Shown piece by piece: positions 1 to 9,236 of a stretch of 64,000 nt of DNA. The stretch covers positions 128,001 to 192,000 of the forward strand of contig CAXXOA010000001.1 of the NCBI GenBank assembly GCA_963666275.2, in the 5' to 3' direction. Under the pieces are notes generated by a model. The model was not told the DNA's origin, made no database searches, and was given only the letters and a program-made list of their open reading frames with translations. Every line of letters starts with the position of its first letter. Position 1 is the first letter of the stretch. The DNA comes from Oceanispirochaeta sp. GTDB lineage: Bacteria > Spirochaetota > Spirochaetia > DSM-2461. The translations under genes and the position numbers were made by a program.

Positions 1-518
1 TCATCTGATGCCGCATTCATTTCGGGATGAAAAAATGCAGCGGTGCTCTGTATCTTTCTATTTGAGAAGACCCTATTGTCCTTGAGAGACACTGCGATAG
101 GGGCAAGATCTGCCCATCCTTTGAATCCCAGCAGAAATCCCTTCTGGAAAAAATAGCGTTTTATGACTTTTTCCACTTCCCGGGTAAGAGGCTCTTCTGT
201 GATGAAAACAGGAGAAATGTGGGTGGACATATGATCTTTGCCGGGGGCTGCGATATCCCGGATGCGGGATTTCAGAAATGAAAGTTCTTCCCGGATGATT
301 TCAGCGGAAAGAGCGCCAGTCTTCTTAATATAGAAAATTTCGTTATTTTCAAAACCGTAGAGTTTGATATCCGGAGATAAAACAAATTTCTCATTTCGGA
401 TATTCATTACAGCTTTTATGTCGTAATGGCGCGTATCCACTTCATGATTCTGCTGTAAATCAAAGGATTGTTTCAATCTGCTGATTAATGTTTCAAAATA
501 GGAGTCAAAATCGGCCAT
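1..518 (-). CDS. hypothetical protein, 3' end runs off the window
   Basis: Manually read open frame from ATG at 518 (MADFDSYFETLISRLKQSFD...PGKDHMSTH...GFKGWADL...) with no stop before position 1; absent from the ORF track. Confidence 0.7.
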   Translation of the reverse strand, partial: MADFDSYFETLISRLKQSFDLQQNHEVDTRHYDIKAVMNIRNEKFVLSPDIKLYGFENNEIFYIKKTGALSAEIIREELSFLKSRIRDIAAPGKDHMSTHISPVFITEEPLTREVEKVIKRYFFQKGFLLGFKGWADLAPIAVSLKDNRVFSNRKIQSTAAFFHPEMNAASD

Positions 519-944
519 GACAGGGATGATAACACGGGTTTTTTCCCGGTTCAAATATGAGCAAATGACAAGTAATTGGCTTTAATAGGAATAAAATAAT
601 TATTTCTGTAAAAAAATATTTATTTTGTCTGAAAAAGATGTGAATACCAAAATAGGGAGTTCTTGTGTACTAGAATATCGGCCAGTTATTATTATGAGAG
701 GTAGAATGTGGTGGGTCCTGATTTTATTTATATGGAAAAATAACAAAAAAAATACTGTTAATCGATTAAATAAATATTTTATAATCTTTTTCAGCCCTTG
801 AAGGCCGTAAACCAGTCCGAACTCCGGGATCAGCCCTTCGGATACGAAAAACACCTGTTTCAAAGACTCATTTTGCTCAATCGGGAGAATCTATACCGGA
901 AAAGTGAGGAATCGCGGCTTTTTGACGGGGGAGGCTGTGATAAA

Positions 945-1070
945 AAATAGAAGGTTCAGAACCAACTGTACTTTTTTAGTTTTTCAAGGGACCGAGGGGG
1001 ACTCGCCATCCCTGGCCAGTTGCGCGGCAGGGATTCGCGCTGTAATACCGTTCTTATTGCTTATAAAATA
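945..1070 (-). repeat. degenerate tRNA-linked structured repeat unit downstream of tRNA-Cys
   Basis: 1020-1040 TTGCGCGGCAGGGATTCGCGC matches the tRNA-Met repeat core TTGCGCTCCAGGTATTCGCGC at 18/21; the unit ends in a degenerate copy of the tRNA-Cys 3' end plus an A-rich tail. Confidence 0.6.
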
Positions 1071-1100
1071 AAAAAGTCCAGCCTGAGCTGAACTTTTTTG
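1071..1100 (-). terminator. intrinsic terminator of tRNA-Cys
   Basis: AAAAAGTCCAGC-CTGA-GCTGAACTTTTT hairpin with A/T tracts. Confidence 0.7.
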
Positions 1101-1108
1101 TTTTTGAG

Positions 1109-1181
1109 AGGCGCCGAGCGGACTCGAACCGCTGAATGATGGATTTGCAATCCACTCCCTTAGCCGCTTGGGTACGGCGCC
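1109..1181 (-). tRNA. tRNA-Cys(GCA)
   Basis: GGCGCCG/CGGCGCC acceptor stem, anticodon loop TTGCAAA, GGTTCGAGTCC T-arm, U73 discriminator; CCA not encoded. Confidence 0.97.
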
Positions 1182-1282
1182 GTCTTGTGGGATGAAATAT
1201 AACAAATGCGGTGATGTTTGTCCAGCAGGATAGGCGAGTTTTTTTATAGACACATAATTTGTCTTGGCATATGATGATGCCC

Positions 1283-3139
1283 ATGACAGAGAAGGAACTG
1301 ATTCAGATTTTAACAGAGGCGAAAGATGCCTATTATAATACGGATTCTCCCGTTTTAAGCGACGAGGAATTTGACCGGCTGGAAGAGGAACTGAGGATTT
1401 TAAACCCCCGGAGCGACTATTTTGCTGTTGTAGGCAGTGAAACCGCCGGAGGAGGAAAAATCCGTCATGAGGTTCCCATGCTTTCCATGGGAAAGGCCAA
1501 GAATATGGGGGAAGTGAAAAAGTGGATTACCCGGCTGAAAATTTCTGAAGATACCAGGTGGACGATGCAGCCCAAAATTGACGGGCTCTCCGCTTCCTGC
1601 TTCTACTCGGGGGGGGAGCTCCAGTATGTGGCTACAAGGGGCGACGGGGTTGTGGGCCAGGATGTGACATCCATTGCCTCCTATATTGATGATATTCCAG
1701 AGACAATTGATACAACAAAAGAGGATATCGAAGTGCGGGGCGAGCTCTATCTGCCGAAAGACACATCCTACGATACAAAAGGAAAGCCCCTAAGGAATAA
1801 CTGCGTAGGCCTGATAAACAGAAACGAAAACAGAGAGGATCTGAAGTATGTCCGTTTCGTCAGCTATCAGACAGCCCGGACACGCCCTTCGGGAAGTGAA
1901 GCCGGCATAATTGACTGGCTGAAAAGTTCAGGTTTTCATACTGTGGAATACTTTTCTGTCCGGGGGCTGGCCGAAATCGAAAAGGTCTACGACGCCTATC
2001 TGGAAGAGAAGAGGGATCAGTGGCTGTATGAAACCGACGGCCTGATTCTGACAGTGGATGACAACTCTCTCCATGAGGAAATTGACAGCCGCTGGGTTGT
2101 GGATCACCATCATCACTACGCTCTGGCCATAAAACCTCCGGCGGCATCGAGAAAAACCCGCCTTACGGGAGTGGAGTGGCAGGTCAGCCGTCAGGGGGCT
2201 CTGGTACCCGTAGCGGTTTTTGAACCCATCCTATTAGGGGGAGCCACACTGAACAGAGCCTCCCTTCACAATTATGCCTTTGTTCAGTCCATGGGGCTTC
2301 AGCTGGGGGATGAACTGCTCATAGAGCGGGCGAATGATGTGATTCCCTATGTAAGAGAGAATCTCTCTTCAGGGAGAAGGGAGGGGGAGCTGTTTTTCTC
2401 AGATGTTGCCCCTGATGCCTGTCCCGTCTGCGGCAGCCCTGTGAAAGAGGAGGGGGTGCATCTGAAATGTTCCAATTCAGAATGCCCTGAAAAGGAGATT
2501 CAGACCATAATCTACTGGGTCAAAGAGTCGGGAATGGAGCAGGTCGCTGAAGCGACGATCCGTCAGCTCTATGAAAAGGGGATCGCCCGGTCTGTGGGAG
2601 AACTGTACAGTGTGAGCCGGGAGGATCTATCCGGCCTGGAAGGATTCGGAGAGAAAAAAATAGGCAACTTTCTGGAACAGCTCGAAAGGGTCCGGGAGCT
2701 GACGGCCCCTGAACTGATCAGCCGCCTGGGGATTCCTCTTGTGCAGCAGAAAGCTCTGAAAAAACTGGGAATCCAGAGCATGGAGGATTTTCAGAATTTT
2801 TCCGACGAAACCTATGTGATCGGTCAGAATATCATTGCCTGGAAAAAGAAAGAAGAGAATCAGAAGCTTCTGGAGGAGCTGCTGGAGGCCGTGTCCATAC
2901 AGGATGCCGGCTCCGGAGAGTCTCGGGGGCAGGTCTCTATGACAGGAAAAGGGCCTATCGGGCGCAAGGAGCTTCAGAAGATTATTGAAGACAGGGGCTA
3001 TGAGTTCTCTTCTACAGTGACAAAAACAACGGATATCCTTCTCTGTGAAGATCCGGAAGGCACCAGTTCCAAACTTCAGAAAGCCAGGAAAAACGGAACC
3101 ACCCTCATGTCCTATGAGGATTTTCTCTCCCGGGAGTAG
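1283..3139 (+). CDS. ligA: NAD-dependent DNA ligase (divergent)
   Basis: N-terminal YY..SD.EFD, PMLS, KxDG (QPKIDG), TRGDG, EVRGE, OB fold, C4 zinc finger, HhH, C-terminal BRCT; start chosen at MTEKE. Confidence 0.9.
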   Translation: MTEKELIQILTEAKDAYYNTDSPVLSDEEFDRLEEELRILNPRSDYFAVVGSETAGGGKIRHEVPMLSMGKAKNMGEVKKWITRLKISEDTRWTMQPKIDGLSASCFYSGGELQYVATRGDGVVGQDVTSIASYIDDIPETIDTTKEDIEVRGELYLPKDTSYDTKGKPLRNNCVGLINRNENREDLKYVRFVSYQTARTRPSGSEAGIIDWLKSSGFHTVEYFSVRGLAEIEKVYDAYLEEKRDQWLYETDGLILTVDDNSLHEEIDSRWVVDHHHHYALAIKPPAASRKTRLTGVEWQVSRQGALVPVAVFEPILLGGATLNRASLHNYAFVQSMGLQLGDELLIERANDVIPYVRENLSSGRREGELFFSDVAPDACPVCGSPVKEEGVHLKCSNSECPEKEIQTIIYWVKESGMEQVAEATIRQLYEKGIARSVGELYSVSREDLSGLEGFGEKKIGNFLEQLERVRELTAPELISRLGIPLVQQKALKKLGIQSMEDFQNFSDETYVIGQNIIAWKKKEENQKLLEELLEAVSIQDAGSGESRGQVSMTGKGPIGRKELQKIIEDRGYEFSSTVTKTTDILLCEDPEGTSSKLQKARKNGTTLMSYEDFLSRE

Positions 3140-3206
3140 GGGGGCTTAAACTCTCTGTAGAATCTCCCCCCCCCTTATCTCATGGAGGGATTGGGGGGGA
3201 TAATGA

Positions 3207-4487
3207 TCAGCGTTTGAGAATCTCTTCCACCCGTTGGATATCTTCCGGGCGGATCCTGTTTTTATACCGTTCCAGAAAAGAGGGGTAGAGGGTTTCTCCC
3301 CCGGCCAGAACATAATGGGAGCTTATCGCTCTATTGGCGTTCCGGGAGCTGCTCTGCTGCTCTTCGATCAGAGTTCTGTACCGCCTGTAGGCCATCATAA
3401 TGGAAGACTCTATCTCCTCGGCCTGACCGCTTATATCGGGACGGGGCGGTATGAGAATGCTGTCTCCGGGATGAAGAAAATCCGGATCCGGGTAACTTTC
3501 CCGGTTGGTCCTGTACAGGTAGGGCCACAGATGGATGTTTCCCCACATGTCCCTGGCAATCACACTGAAGGAATCTCCGCTGCTAATGCTGTAAGGCTCA
3601 GAAGGCAGAGGTGCTGCTGTTTGGCTCTGTACCGCTACCGCGGGGTTTTCTGGTTCTACAGGCTCAGCCGCGGCCGATACCGGAGGCTCTGATTCCTCCG
3701 CCGGGGCTGCCCTTTCCGGCGGTGCTTCCTCCCGGGCTGTGTCTACAGGGGGCTCCGCTCTTTCTTCTGAGACTGATTCTGTCTGCTGAACCACGGTCCT
3801 GACCTCTACGGGAGCTTCCGTTTCTGATGAGGTCCCTCTTGTTCCCCAGTAGATTCCTCCCAGAAGGAGGACTATCGCCAGCAGGGCTCCGGCAGTATAG
3901 TAAATGCCTTTGCGGCTCTCTTTTTGGGATGTGGATGAAACGGCGTCAGCCAGGGCCCGGGTTTCTTCGTCCTGCTCCCGGCTTACCACTGTCAGAGCCG
4001 GCTGGGTTCCTTCTTCCACAGGGGCAATCACAGAGGTGCCGTGCACCATCGTATGGGGCTGAGTCATGGCGGCTTCACCGGAACTCTTTTTCTGATAATC
4101 CAGCTCATACTTCATGGCTTTTATAAGCAGGCCTTCGTGTTCCTCTTCCTCATCCTTCAGAATCTCATCGTCCAGGATGACAGGCTGAAGATTGCTGTAC
4201 TCTGAATTGATCCGTACAGCCAGGGCGGAAGCGGGTGAAAACTTGACTCTGAAGTGAGACGGGATAGTCAGGGGTTCTCCGGTCTGGGGGTTCCTGCCTG
4301 TGGACTCTTCCACAAAGGTTTTTTTAAAGGTCCCGAACCCGTAAAGGGCCATCCTGTCTGAAACTTTCAGCTGTTCTGTTATAACTGTAAAAAGCTCCTG
4401 AATCAGGTCTCTTGTGGTATCATGATCGGTTTCGACTTTATCAAGGATTCTCTGGACCAGTTTCTCCGGCGTAAGGGCATTACTCAT
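3207..4487 (-). CDS. HU/IHF domain + transmembrane helix + LysM-like domain fusion protein
   Basis: N-terminal GFGTF...GRNPQTGE...VKFSP; one TM (GIYYTAGALLAIVLLLGGIYWG); Glu/Pro/Ala linker; YSISSGDSFSVIA...LW..LY..N...PD.L.PG LysM-like segment. Confidence 0.85.
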   Translation of the reverse strand: MSNALTPEKLVQRILDKVETDHDTTRDLIQELFTVITEQLKVSDRMALYGFGTFKKTFVEESTGRNPQTGEPLTIPSHFRVKFSPASALAVRINSEYSNLQPVILDDEILKDEEEEHEGLLIKAMKYELDYQKKSSGEAAMTQPHTMVHGTSVIAPVEEGTQPALTVVSREQDEETRALADAVSSTSQKESRKGIYYTAGALLAIVLLLGGIYWGTRGTSSETEAPVEVRTVVQQTESVSEERAEPPVDTAREEAPPERAAPAEESEPPVSAAAEPVEPENPAVAVQSQTAAPLPSEPYSISSGDSFSVIARDMWGNIHLWPYLYRTNRESYPDPDFLHPGDSILIPPRPDISGQAEEIESSIMMAYRRYRTLIEEQQSSSRNANRAISSHYVLAGGETLYPSFLERYKNRIRPEDIQRVEEILKR

Positions 4488-4755
4488 TGATCTGCTCCTT
4501 CAACTTGCTGGATGGTCTGAATTTCACTTTGCGTTTCTTCGGCAGGAGCATCTTTTTTTTCACAGCGGGATTGTAACTGATCCGGCCTTTTTGCAGATCA
4601 GTTTTGAAGGATCCGAAACCTGTCTGGCTGTAGCTCTTGTCTTCTTCCAGTATCAGAGTGATCTCTTCGAGAGTTGTATCAACTACGTTTTTTACGGTCT
4701 TCTGGGAGAGGGACAATCGTTCCGCAAGCTCCCTGACCAGCTCCTGTTTTGTCAT
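4480..4755 (-). CDS. HU family DNA-binding protein
   Basis: MTKQELV..LA, GFGSF, YNP, VKFRPS..LK; 91 aa. Confidence 0.9.
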   Translation of the reverse strand: MTKQELVRELAERLSLSQKTVKNVVDTTLEEITLILEEDKSYSQTGFGSFKTDLQKGRISYNPAVKKKMLLPKKRKVKFRPSSKLKEQINE

Positions 4756-4867
4756 ATCCTGTCTTTCAAAAGGGATAATTCTATATTTAATAAGGAGATC
4801 CCTTTTTTATTACAATACATCTTTCCCCGTGGAACTTCAATCACAAAAAAATCAGGAGAAAAAAAAT

Positions 4868-5287
4868 CTAGAAAGTCACACCGGAATAGAGGATTATGTT
4901 GGCGTAGGGCTGAATTTCACCGGTTCTGACAACTGCCTTTGTCTGAGCCGTCGCCTTTTTGAAATCCTCGTGGGAAACAAAAATCATAGCCGGTTTGTAT
5001 CCCGATTCCTTTTCGTAGTCCGCCAGAATCTCAAGGATCTCCTCCAGGCCTTCGGGATTCGCCTCCCGGATCTCCTCGGCAAGCAGGACTTTCTCTACGC
5101 AGAGTTCTTTCAATACCGCTCCCAGGACCTGGGCAAACCGGGGGAGCTCCGGCTGGACCGCCAGATCAATCCTTTTTGTGCTCTCCGGAATGGGAAGCCC
5201 CGCATCGGCAATGGTCAGTCCGTCGGTATGTCCCATCCTGGAAATAACGGCGGAGATTTCAGAATTCAGTAACAAGCCTCTTTTCAT
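4868..5287 (-). CDS. rbsD: D-ribose pyranase
   Basis: MK.G.LLN.EIS..ISRMGHTD.L.IADAGLPIP...RIDLA and VRTGE..PYANIILYSGVTF; true start at 5287 rather than 5560. Confidence 0.93.
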   Translation of the reverse strand: MKRGLLLNSEISAVISRMGHTDGLTIADAGLPIPESTKRIDLAVQPELPRFAQVLGAVLKELCVEKVLLAEEIREANPEGLEEILEILADYEKESGYKPAMIFVSHEDFKKATAQTKAVVRTGEIQPYANIILYSGVTF

Positions 5288-5470
5288 CGGTACTCCTGTT
5301 TCGGGGGATTTCTGATTGGAATTCCTCCTGTAGTTATAAGTATAACGCATTCTGTGAAAAAAAATCCCCGGGAAGTCCTTATCAATCTCCTTTCCCCCTA
5401 CCGATAATAGAAATATCCACATAATTAATGGGTCTGCCGGAATGTGAGCATCATAAGAAGGGAGACAATT

Positions 5471-5665
5471 ATGGATTTCGTTACCTATCTTGTTTATAAA
5501 GACTACATTCCCTTTCAAGTCGGACTGAATCTTCTGAGGAACTGTATAGCCGAAGAGCATCTGAATCAGGTGGTCGATGAGCTTGTATTAAGGAATATCC
5601 TCTCTTCCGAACAGGTGGAGGTTCTGCATCACGAATGGGAAGAGGTTGAGATAGAAGAGCAGTAG
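5471..5665 (+). CDS. small acidic hypothetical protein (64 aa)
   Basis: GGAGA RBS before ATG 5471; MDFVTYLVYKDYIPFQVGLNLLRNC... Confidence 0.65.
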   Translation: MDFVTYLVYKDYIPFQVGLNLLRNCIAEEHLNQVVDELVLRNILSSEQVEVLHHEWEEVEIEEQ

Positions 5666-5792
5666 AATTAAAAAAGTATATATTTTTGATCTGGCTATCC
5701 TGAAGTGCTTTTGGGAGAAAAATAACAGGGAATTTGAGATCCTTCCCGGGCTCTATTATCCTTAATAGTGATATTTCTGTAAGGAGTCCTGT

Positions 5793-6134
5793 ATGTCAGA
5801 TGTATTTAGTCCTGTTTACACTATTGTATGGCTGATTTTCACCGTCATTCTTGTGGTCGCCAACTGGAAAATCTTTGTCAAAGCGGGAAAGCCCGGCTGG
5901 GCCATTCTCATACCGATCTACAATGTGATTGTTATGCTGCAGATTGTGAAAAAGCCCTGGTGGTGGCTGCTGCTTATGTTCATTCCCGTTGTTAATGTAG
6001 TGATAGCGATTCTTATCATCTACAATTTCGTCACAGTCTTCGGCAAACCCGGCTGGCACGTTCTCCCGGCCCTTTTTCTCAGCATCATCTATTATCCCTA
6101 TATTGCATTTTCTGACGCCCGATACGTGGGATAA
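5793..6134 (+). CDS. small membrane protein, DUF5684-like
   Basis: WKIFVKAGKPGWA.LIPIYN motif, hydrophobic, AAGGAG RBS. Confidence 0.85.
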   Translation: MSDVFSPVYTIVWLIFTVILVVANWKIFVKAGKPGWAILIPIYNVIVMLQIVKKPWWWLLLMFIPVVNVVIAILIIYNFVTVFGKPGWHVLPALFLSIIYYPYIAFSDARYVG

Positions 6135-6146
6135 CATTTTGGGCAT

Positions 6147-6179
6147 AAAAAAAGAGCAAGCTGATTGCTTGCTCTTTAA
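6147..6179. terminator. bidirectional intrinsic terminator
   Basis: AAAGAGCAAGC-TGATT-GCTTGCTCTTT between the convergent CDS and tRNA-Asn. Confidence 0.8.
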
Positions 6180-6180
6180 G

Positions 6181-6253
6181 CTCCCCCGAACAGACTCGAA
6201 CTGCTGACATGGTGGTTAACAGCCACCCGCTCTACCGACTGAGCTACAGGGGA
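6181..6253 (-). tRNA. tRNA-Asn(GTT)
   Basis: TCCCCTG/CGGGGGA acceptor stem, CTGTTAA anticodon loop, GTTCGAGTC T-loop; TTGACA...TATATT promoter upstream. Confidence 0.97.
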
Positions 6254-6352
6254 AAGTTAATTCTTGAAGAAATATATCTGTTTTGAACTTTTATGTCAAC
6301 AGGGTTTCTGTATTAAATACCCGGGAGCATATCTGATGAATTAAGTGGGGAT

Positions 6353-6383
6353 AAAAAAACCGCTCCCGAAGGAGCGGTTTTTT
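6353..6383 (-). terminator. terminator of glutamine synthetase gene
   Basis: AAAAAAACCGCTCC-CGAA-GGAGCGGTTTTTT. Confidence 0.85.
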
Positions 6384-6413
6384 ATTAACTCTTTACCTTG
6401 TGGGAATATAATC

Positions 6414-8537
6414 CTACAGGTTGAAGAGCATATCCTCGTAGGAAGGATAAGGCCATCTGGCTTTATCTGTAATCTTTTCGAGGGTATCAGCGCAGGCTCT
6501 CAGCTCATCCATGGCAGGAATAACTTTTTCTCTGTAAGCCTTGGCCTGAACCAGAAGATCCTCTTCCAGTTCCAGAGCAGCTTCAATTTCTTTCAGCAGC
6601 ACGGCATTGGTTTTGATCATACATTCGACCTGACCGTTGATATTGTCCAGCAGAGATTCCTGTGCGGAAGTATCAGCAGTGGGCACAACAGCTTTAATAG
6701 AAGCAATGCCGTCGGCAATGGATTTTGCGTAGTCCATAACTGCGGGAAGGATCATTCTTCCGGCCATTTCATAGGCAACACCGGCTTCGATATTGATCTG
6801 CTTGCTGTAGTTTTCCAGGTAGGTATCGACACGGGAATCCAGCTCTTCCTTGCTGAGTACTTTGTATTTACCCATAAGGGCAACAGAGGATGCGTCGTTC
6901 ATAACAGGCAGGGCTTCTACAGTAGACTTCAGGTTGGGAAGTCCCCGTTTTGCAGCTTCTTCCAGCCAGTCGTCAGAATATCCGTTTCCGTTGAAAACAA
7001 TTTTGCTGTGCGCAGCATAGGTTTCTTTCACAATGGCCTGAATTTCGGCATTGATGTCAGAAGCTTTTTCCAGTCTGGAGGCAAACTCGTCCAGGATTTC
7101 CGCAACAGCTGTGTTCAGTACTACGTTGGGTCCGGCGATGGACTGGGTGGAACCGACCATTCTGAACTCAAACTTGTTACCTGTGAAGGCAAAGGGTGAG
7201 GTTCTGTTTCTGTCGGTCATATCCATGGGGAGGTCGGGAAGAGAAGTGGCTCCGATTACCATTTTCTTACCGTCTTTTGCTTCCACAGTTTTACCGGCAG
7301 CCAGTTTTTCCATGATGTCAGTCAGCTGATCACCCAGGAAGATGGAGATAACAGCGGGAGGAGCTTCATTGGCTCCCAGTCTGTGATCGTTTCCGGAGCT
7401 GGCAGCGGATGCTCTCAGCAGGGCTGAGTATTTATCTACCGCTTTGATGGTGGCAACACAGAAAAGCAGGAACTGGGCGTTCTGGTGAGGAGTATCGCCG
7501 GGGTTCAGTAGGTTGATGCCGTCGTCGGTAGCGATAGACCAGTTGTTGTGTTTACCGTTTCCGTTAACACCTGCAAAGGGCTTCTCATGAAGAAGACAGG
7601 CCAGACCGTGTCTGTCTGCAATCTTTTTCATCATTTCCATGGTGATCTGGTTCCAGTCAGTTGCCACGTTGGCTGAAGAGTAGATAGGAGCCAGCTCAAA
7701 CTGGTTGGGAGCCACTTCGTTGTGCTGTGTTTTTGCACTGATTCCCAGTCTCCACAGCTCTGTATTGAGTTCTCTCATGAAATCGGCGACTCTCTCTTTG
7801 ATAGCACCGAAGTAGTGGTCATCCAGTTCCTGTCCTTTGGCGGACATGGTTCCGAAAACAGCTCTTCCTGTCAGTTTCAGGTCAGGTCTTTTCAGGAAAT
7901 ATTCTTTGTCGATCAGGAAGTATTCCTGCTCGGGTCCTACAGAAGATACCACTTTTTTGGAAGTAGTATTTCCCATAAGTTTCAGAATCCTCATTGCCTG
8001 GTCGCTGACAGCGTCCATAGAGCGGAGAAGAGGAGTTTTCTTATCCAGAGCTTCTCCTGTATAGGATACGAAAGCTGTGGGAATTGTCAGTGTCAGTCCT
8101 GTGTTATCCACTTTCAGGAAGGCGGGTGATCCGGTATCCCATGCGGTATAACCACGGGCTTCAAAAGTCTGTCTCAGTCCGCCGTTGGGGAATGAAGACG
8201 CATCGGGTTCTCCCTGAATCAGTTCTTTACCGGAGAATTCCATCAGAACGGTTCCGTCGCCGACAGGGGCTATGAAAGAGTCGTGTTTCTCTGCGGTAAA
8301 ACCTGTAAGAGGCTGGAACCAGTGTGTGAAATGGGTAGCGCCCTTTTCAATGGCCCAGTCTTTCATGGCAGCTGCGATAACTTCTGCTACTTCCAGAGAA
8401 AGCTCGATTTCTCCGGTCTGTACTTTCTTGAATTCTTTGAAGACTGATTTAGGCAGTCTCTGTTTCATTACTGCTTCGGAGAAGCAGTACTCACCGTAAA
8501 TTGATTCCAGCGGTGTTTCTGAATAATTAATGCTCAA
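6414..8537 (-). CDS. glnA: glutamine synthetase type III
   Basis: [84 protein letters not shown] start at 8537 follows AAGGAG. Confidence 0.95.
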   Translation of the reverse strand: MSINYSETPLESIYGEYCFSEAVMKQRLPKSVFKEFKKVQTGEIELSLEVAEVIAAAMKDWAIEKGATHFTHWFQPLTGFTAEKHDSFIAPVGDGTVLMEFSGKELIQGEPDASSFPNGGLRQTFEARGYTAWDTGSPAFLKVDNTGLTLTIPTAFVSYTGEALDKKTPLLRSMDAVSDQAMRILKLMGNTTSKKVVSSVGPEQEYFLIDKEYFLKRPDLKLTGRAVFGTMSAKGQELDDHYFGAIKERVADFMRELNTELWRLGISAKTQHNEVAPNQFELAPIYSSANVATDWNQITMEMMKKIADRHGLACLLHEKPFAGVNGNGKHNNWSIATDDGINLLNPGDTPHQNAQFLLFCVATIKAVDKYSALLRASAASSGNDHRLGANEAPPAVISIFLGDQLTDIMEKLAAGKTVEAKDGKKMVIGATSLPDLPMDMTDRNRTSPFAFTGNKFEFRMVGSTQSIAGPNVVLNTAVAEILDEFASRLEKASDINAEIQAIVKETYAAHSKIVFNGNGYSDDWLEEAAKRGLPNLKSTVEALPVMNDASSVALMGKYKVLSKEELDSRVDTYLENYSKQINIEAGVAYEMAGRMILPAVMDYAKSIADGIASIKAVVPTADTSAQESLLDNINGQVECMIKTNAVLLKEIEAALELEEDLLVQAKAYREKVIPAMDELRACADTLEKITDKARWPYPSYEDMLFNL

Positions 8538-8587
8538 GACTTTCTCCTTGAATATAAATTGCTTGTATAATATTTGCATATAAATAA

Positions 8588-8604
8588 TGCATTTTCTATG
8601 CCAA
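8588..8604 (-). promoter_or_regulatory. sigma54 -24/-12 promoter of GSIII
   Basis: TTGGCATAGAAAATGCA (GG-N10-GC) about 50 nt upstream of the start. Confidence 0.8.
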
Positions 8605-8777
8605 AATTAGAAAAAGCTGCCTGTGTGAAAGTTAAGTCTATTTATTATATGAAAATAGTCTGTTTTGTTAAGTTTGCATAATAGAGTTGTATGATCAGGG
8701 AATTTCATAATATCACATTAATGTATAAAAATATTTAAAAAATCACACATTTGTAGGCAAATGCTTCTAAAAGGGAG

Positions 8778-8807
8778 AAAAAAAGGCCCGGTTCAACCGG
8801 ACCTTTT
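8778..8807 (-). terminator. terminator after glnK
   Basis: GC-rich hairpin (GGCCCGGTT-C-AACCGGACC) followed by a T tract on the minus strand. Confidence 0.7.
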
Positions 8808-8822
8808 CTCTGTAAATGGGGT

Positions 8823-9164
8823 TTAGCCGATAGCGGCTTCGCCTCTTTCTCCGCTTCTGATTCTGATGGAATCTTCAATGGGAAGTATAAAAATCTTTCC
8901 ATCTCCGATTTCACCGGAACGGGCTCCGCGGATAATGGCATCAACGGTGGGCTGTACAAACTTGTCAGTTACCGCGATTTCAATTCTGATTTTTTTCAGA
9001 AGGTTCACTTCCACATCTACACCACGGTAGGTTTCTGTATAACCCATCTGCTGACCGCATCCAAGAGCATTGGTTACAGAAATCTTGTGGATTTCATCTT
9101 TAAACAGTTCCTGTTTTACTGCATTCAGTTTTTCAGGCTGTATATAGGCAACAACTAATTTCAT
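8823..9164 (-). CDS. glnK: P-II nitrogen regulatory protein
   Basis: G.G.Q.G.TE.YRG T-loop, K.RIEI, TG-like SGEIGDGKIF, RIRSGE; adjacent to amtB. Confidence 0.93.
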   Translation of the reverse strand: MKLVVAYIQPEKLNAVKQELFKDEIHKISVTNALGCGQQMGYTETYRGVDVEVNLLKKIRIEIAVTDKFVQPTVDAIIRGARSGEIGDGKIFILPIEDSIRIRSGERGEAAIG

Positions 9165-9236
9165 TTAAAGGATCTCCTTGTTAGGTTTTTCCGGGGGCGA
9201 TTAAACCTGCCCCCTGGTTAGTTCTTCTTGTCCGAA

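Noticed and set aside
520..960. Replication origin or CDS in the AT-rich gap
   Set aside because: No DnaA-box cluster seen; the 87-aa ORF looks like low-complexity AT-rich sequence
984..1284. ORFs 984-1253 and 1054-1284
   Set aside because: They overlap tRNA-Cys and its terminator
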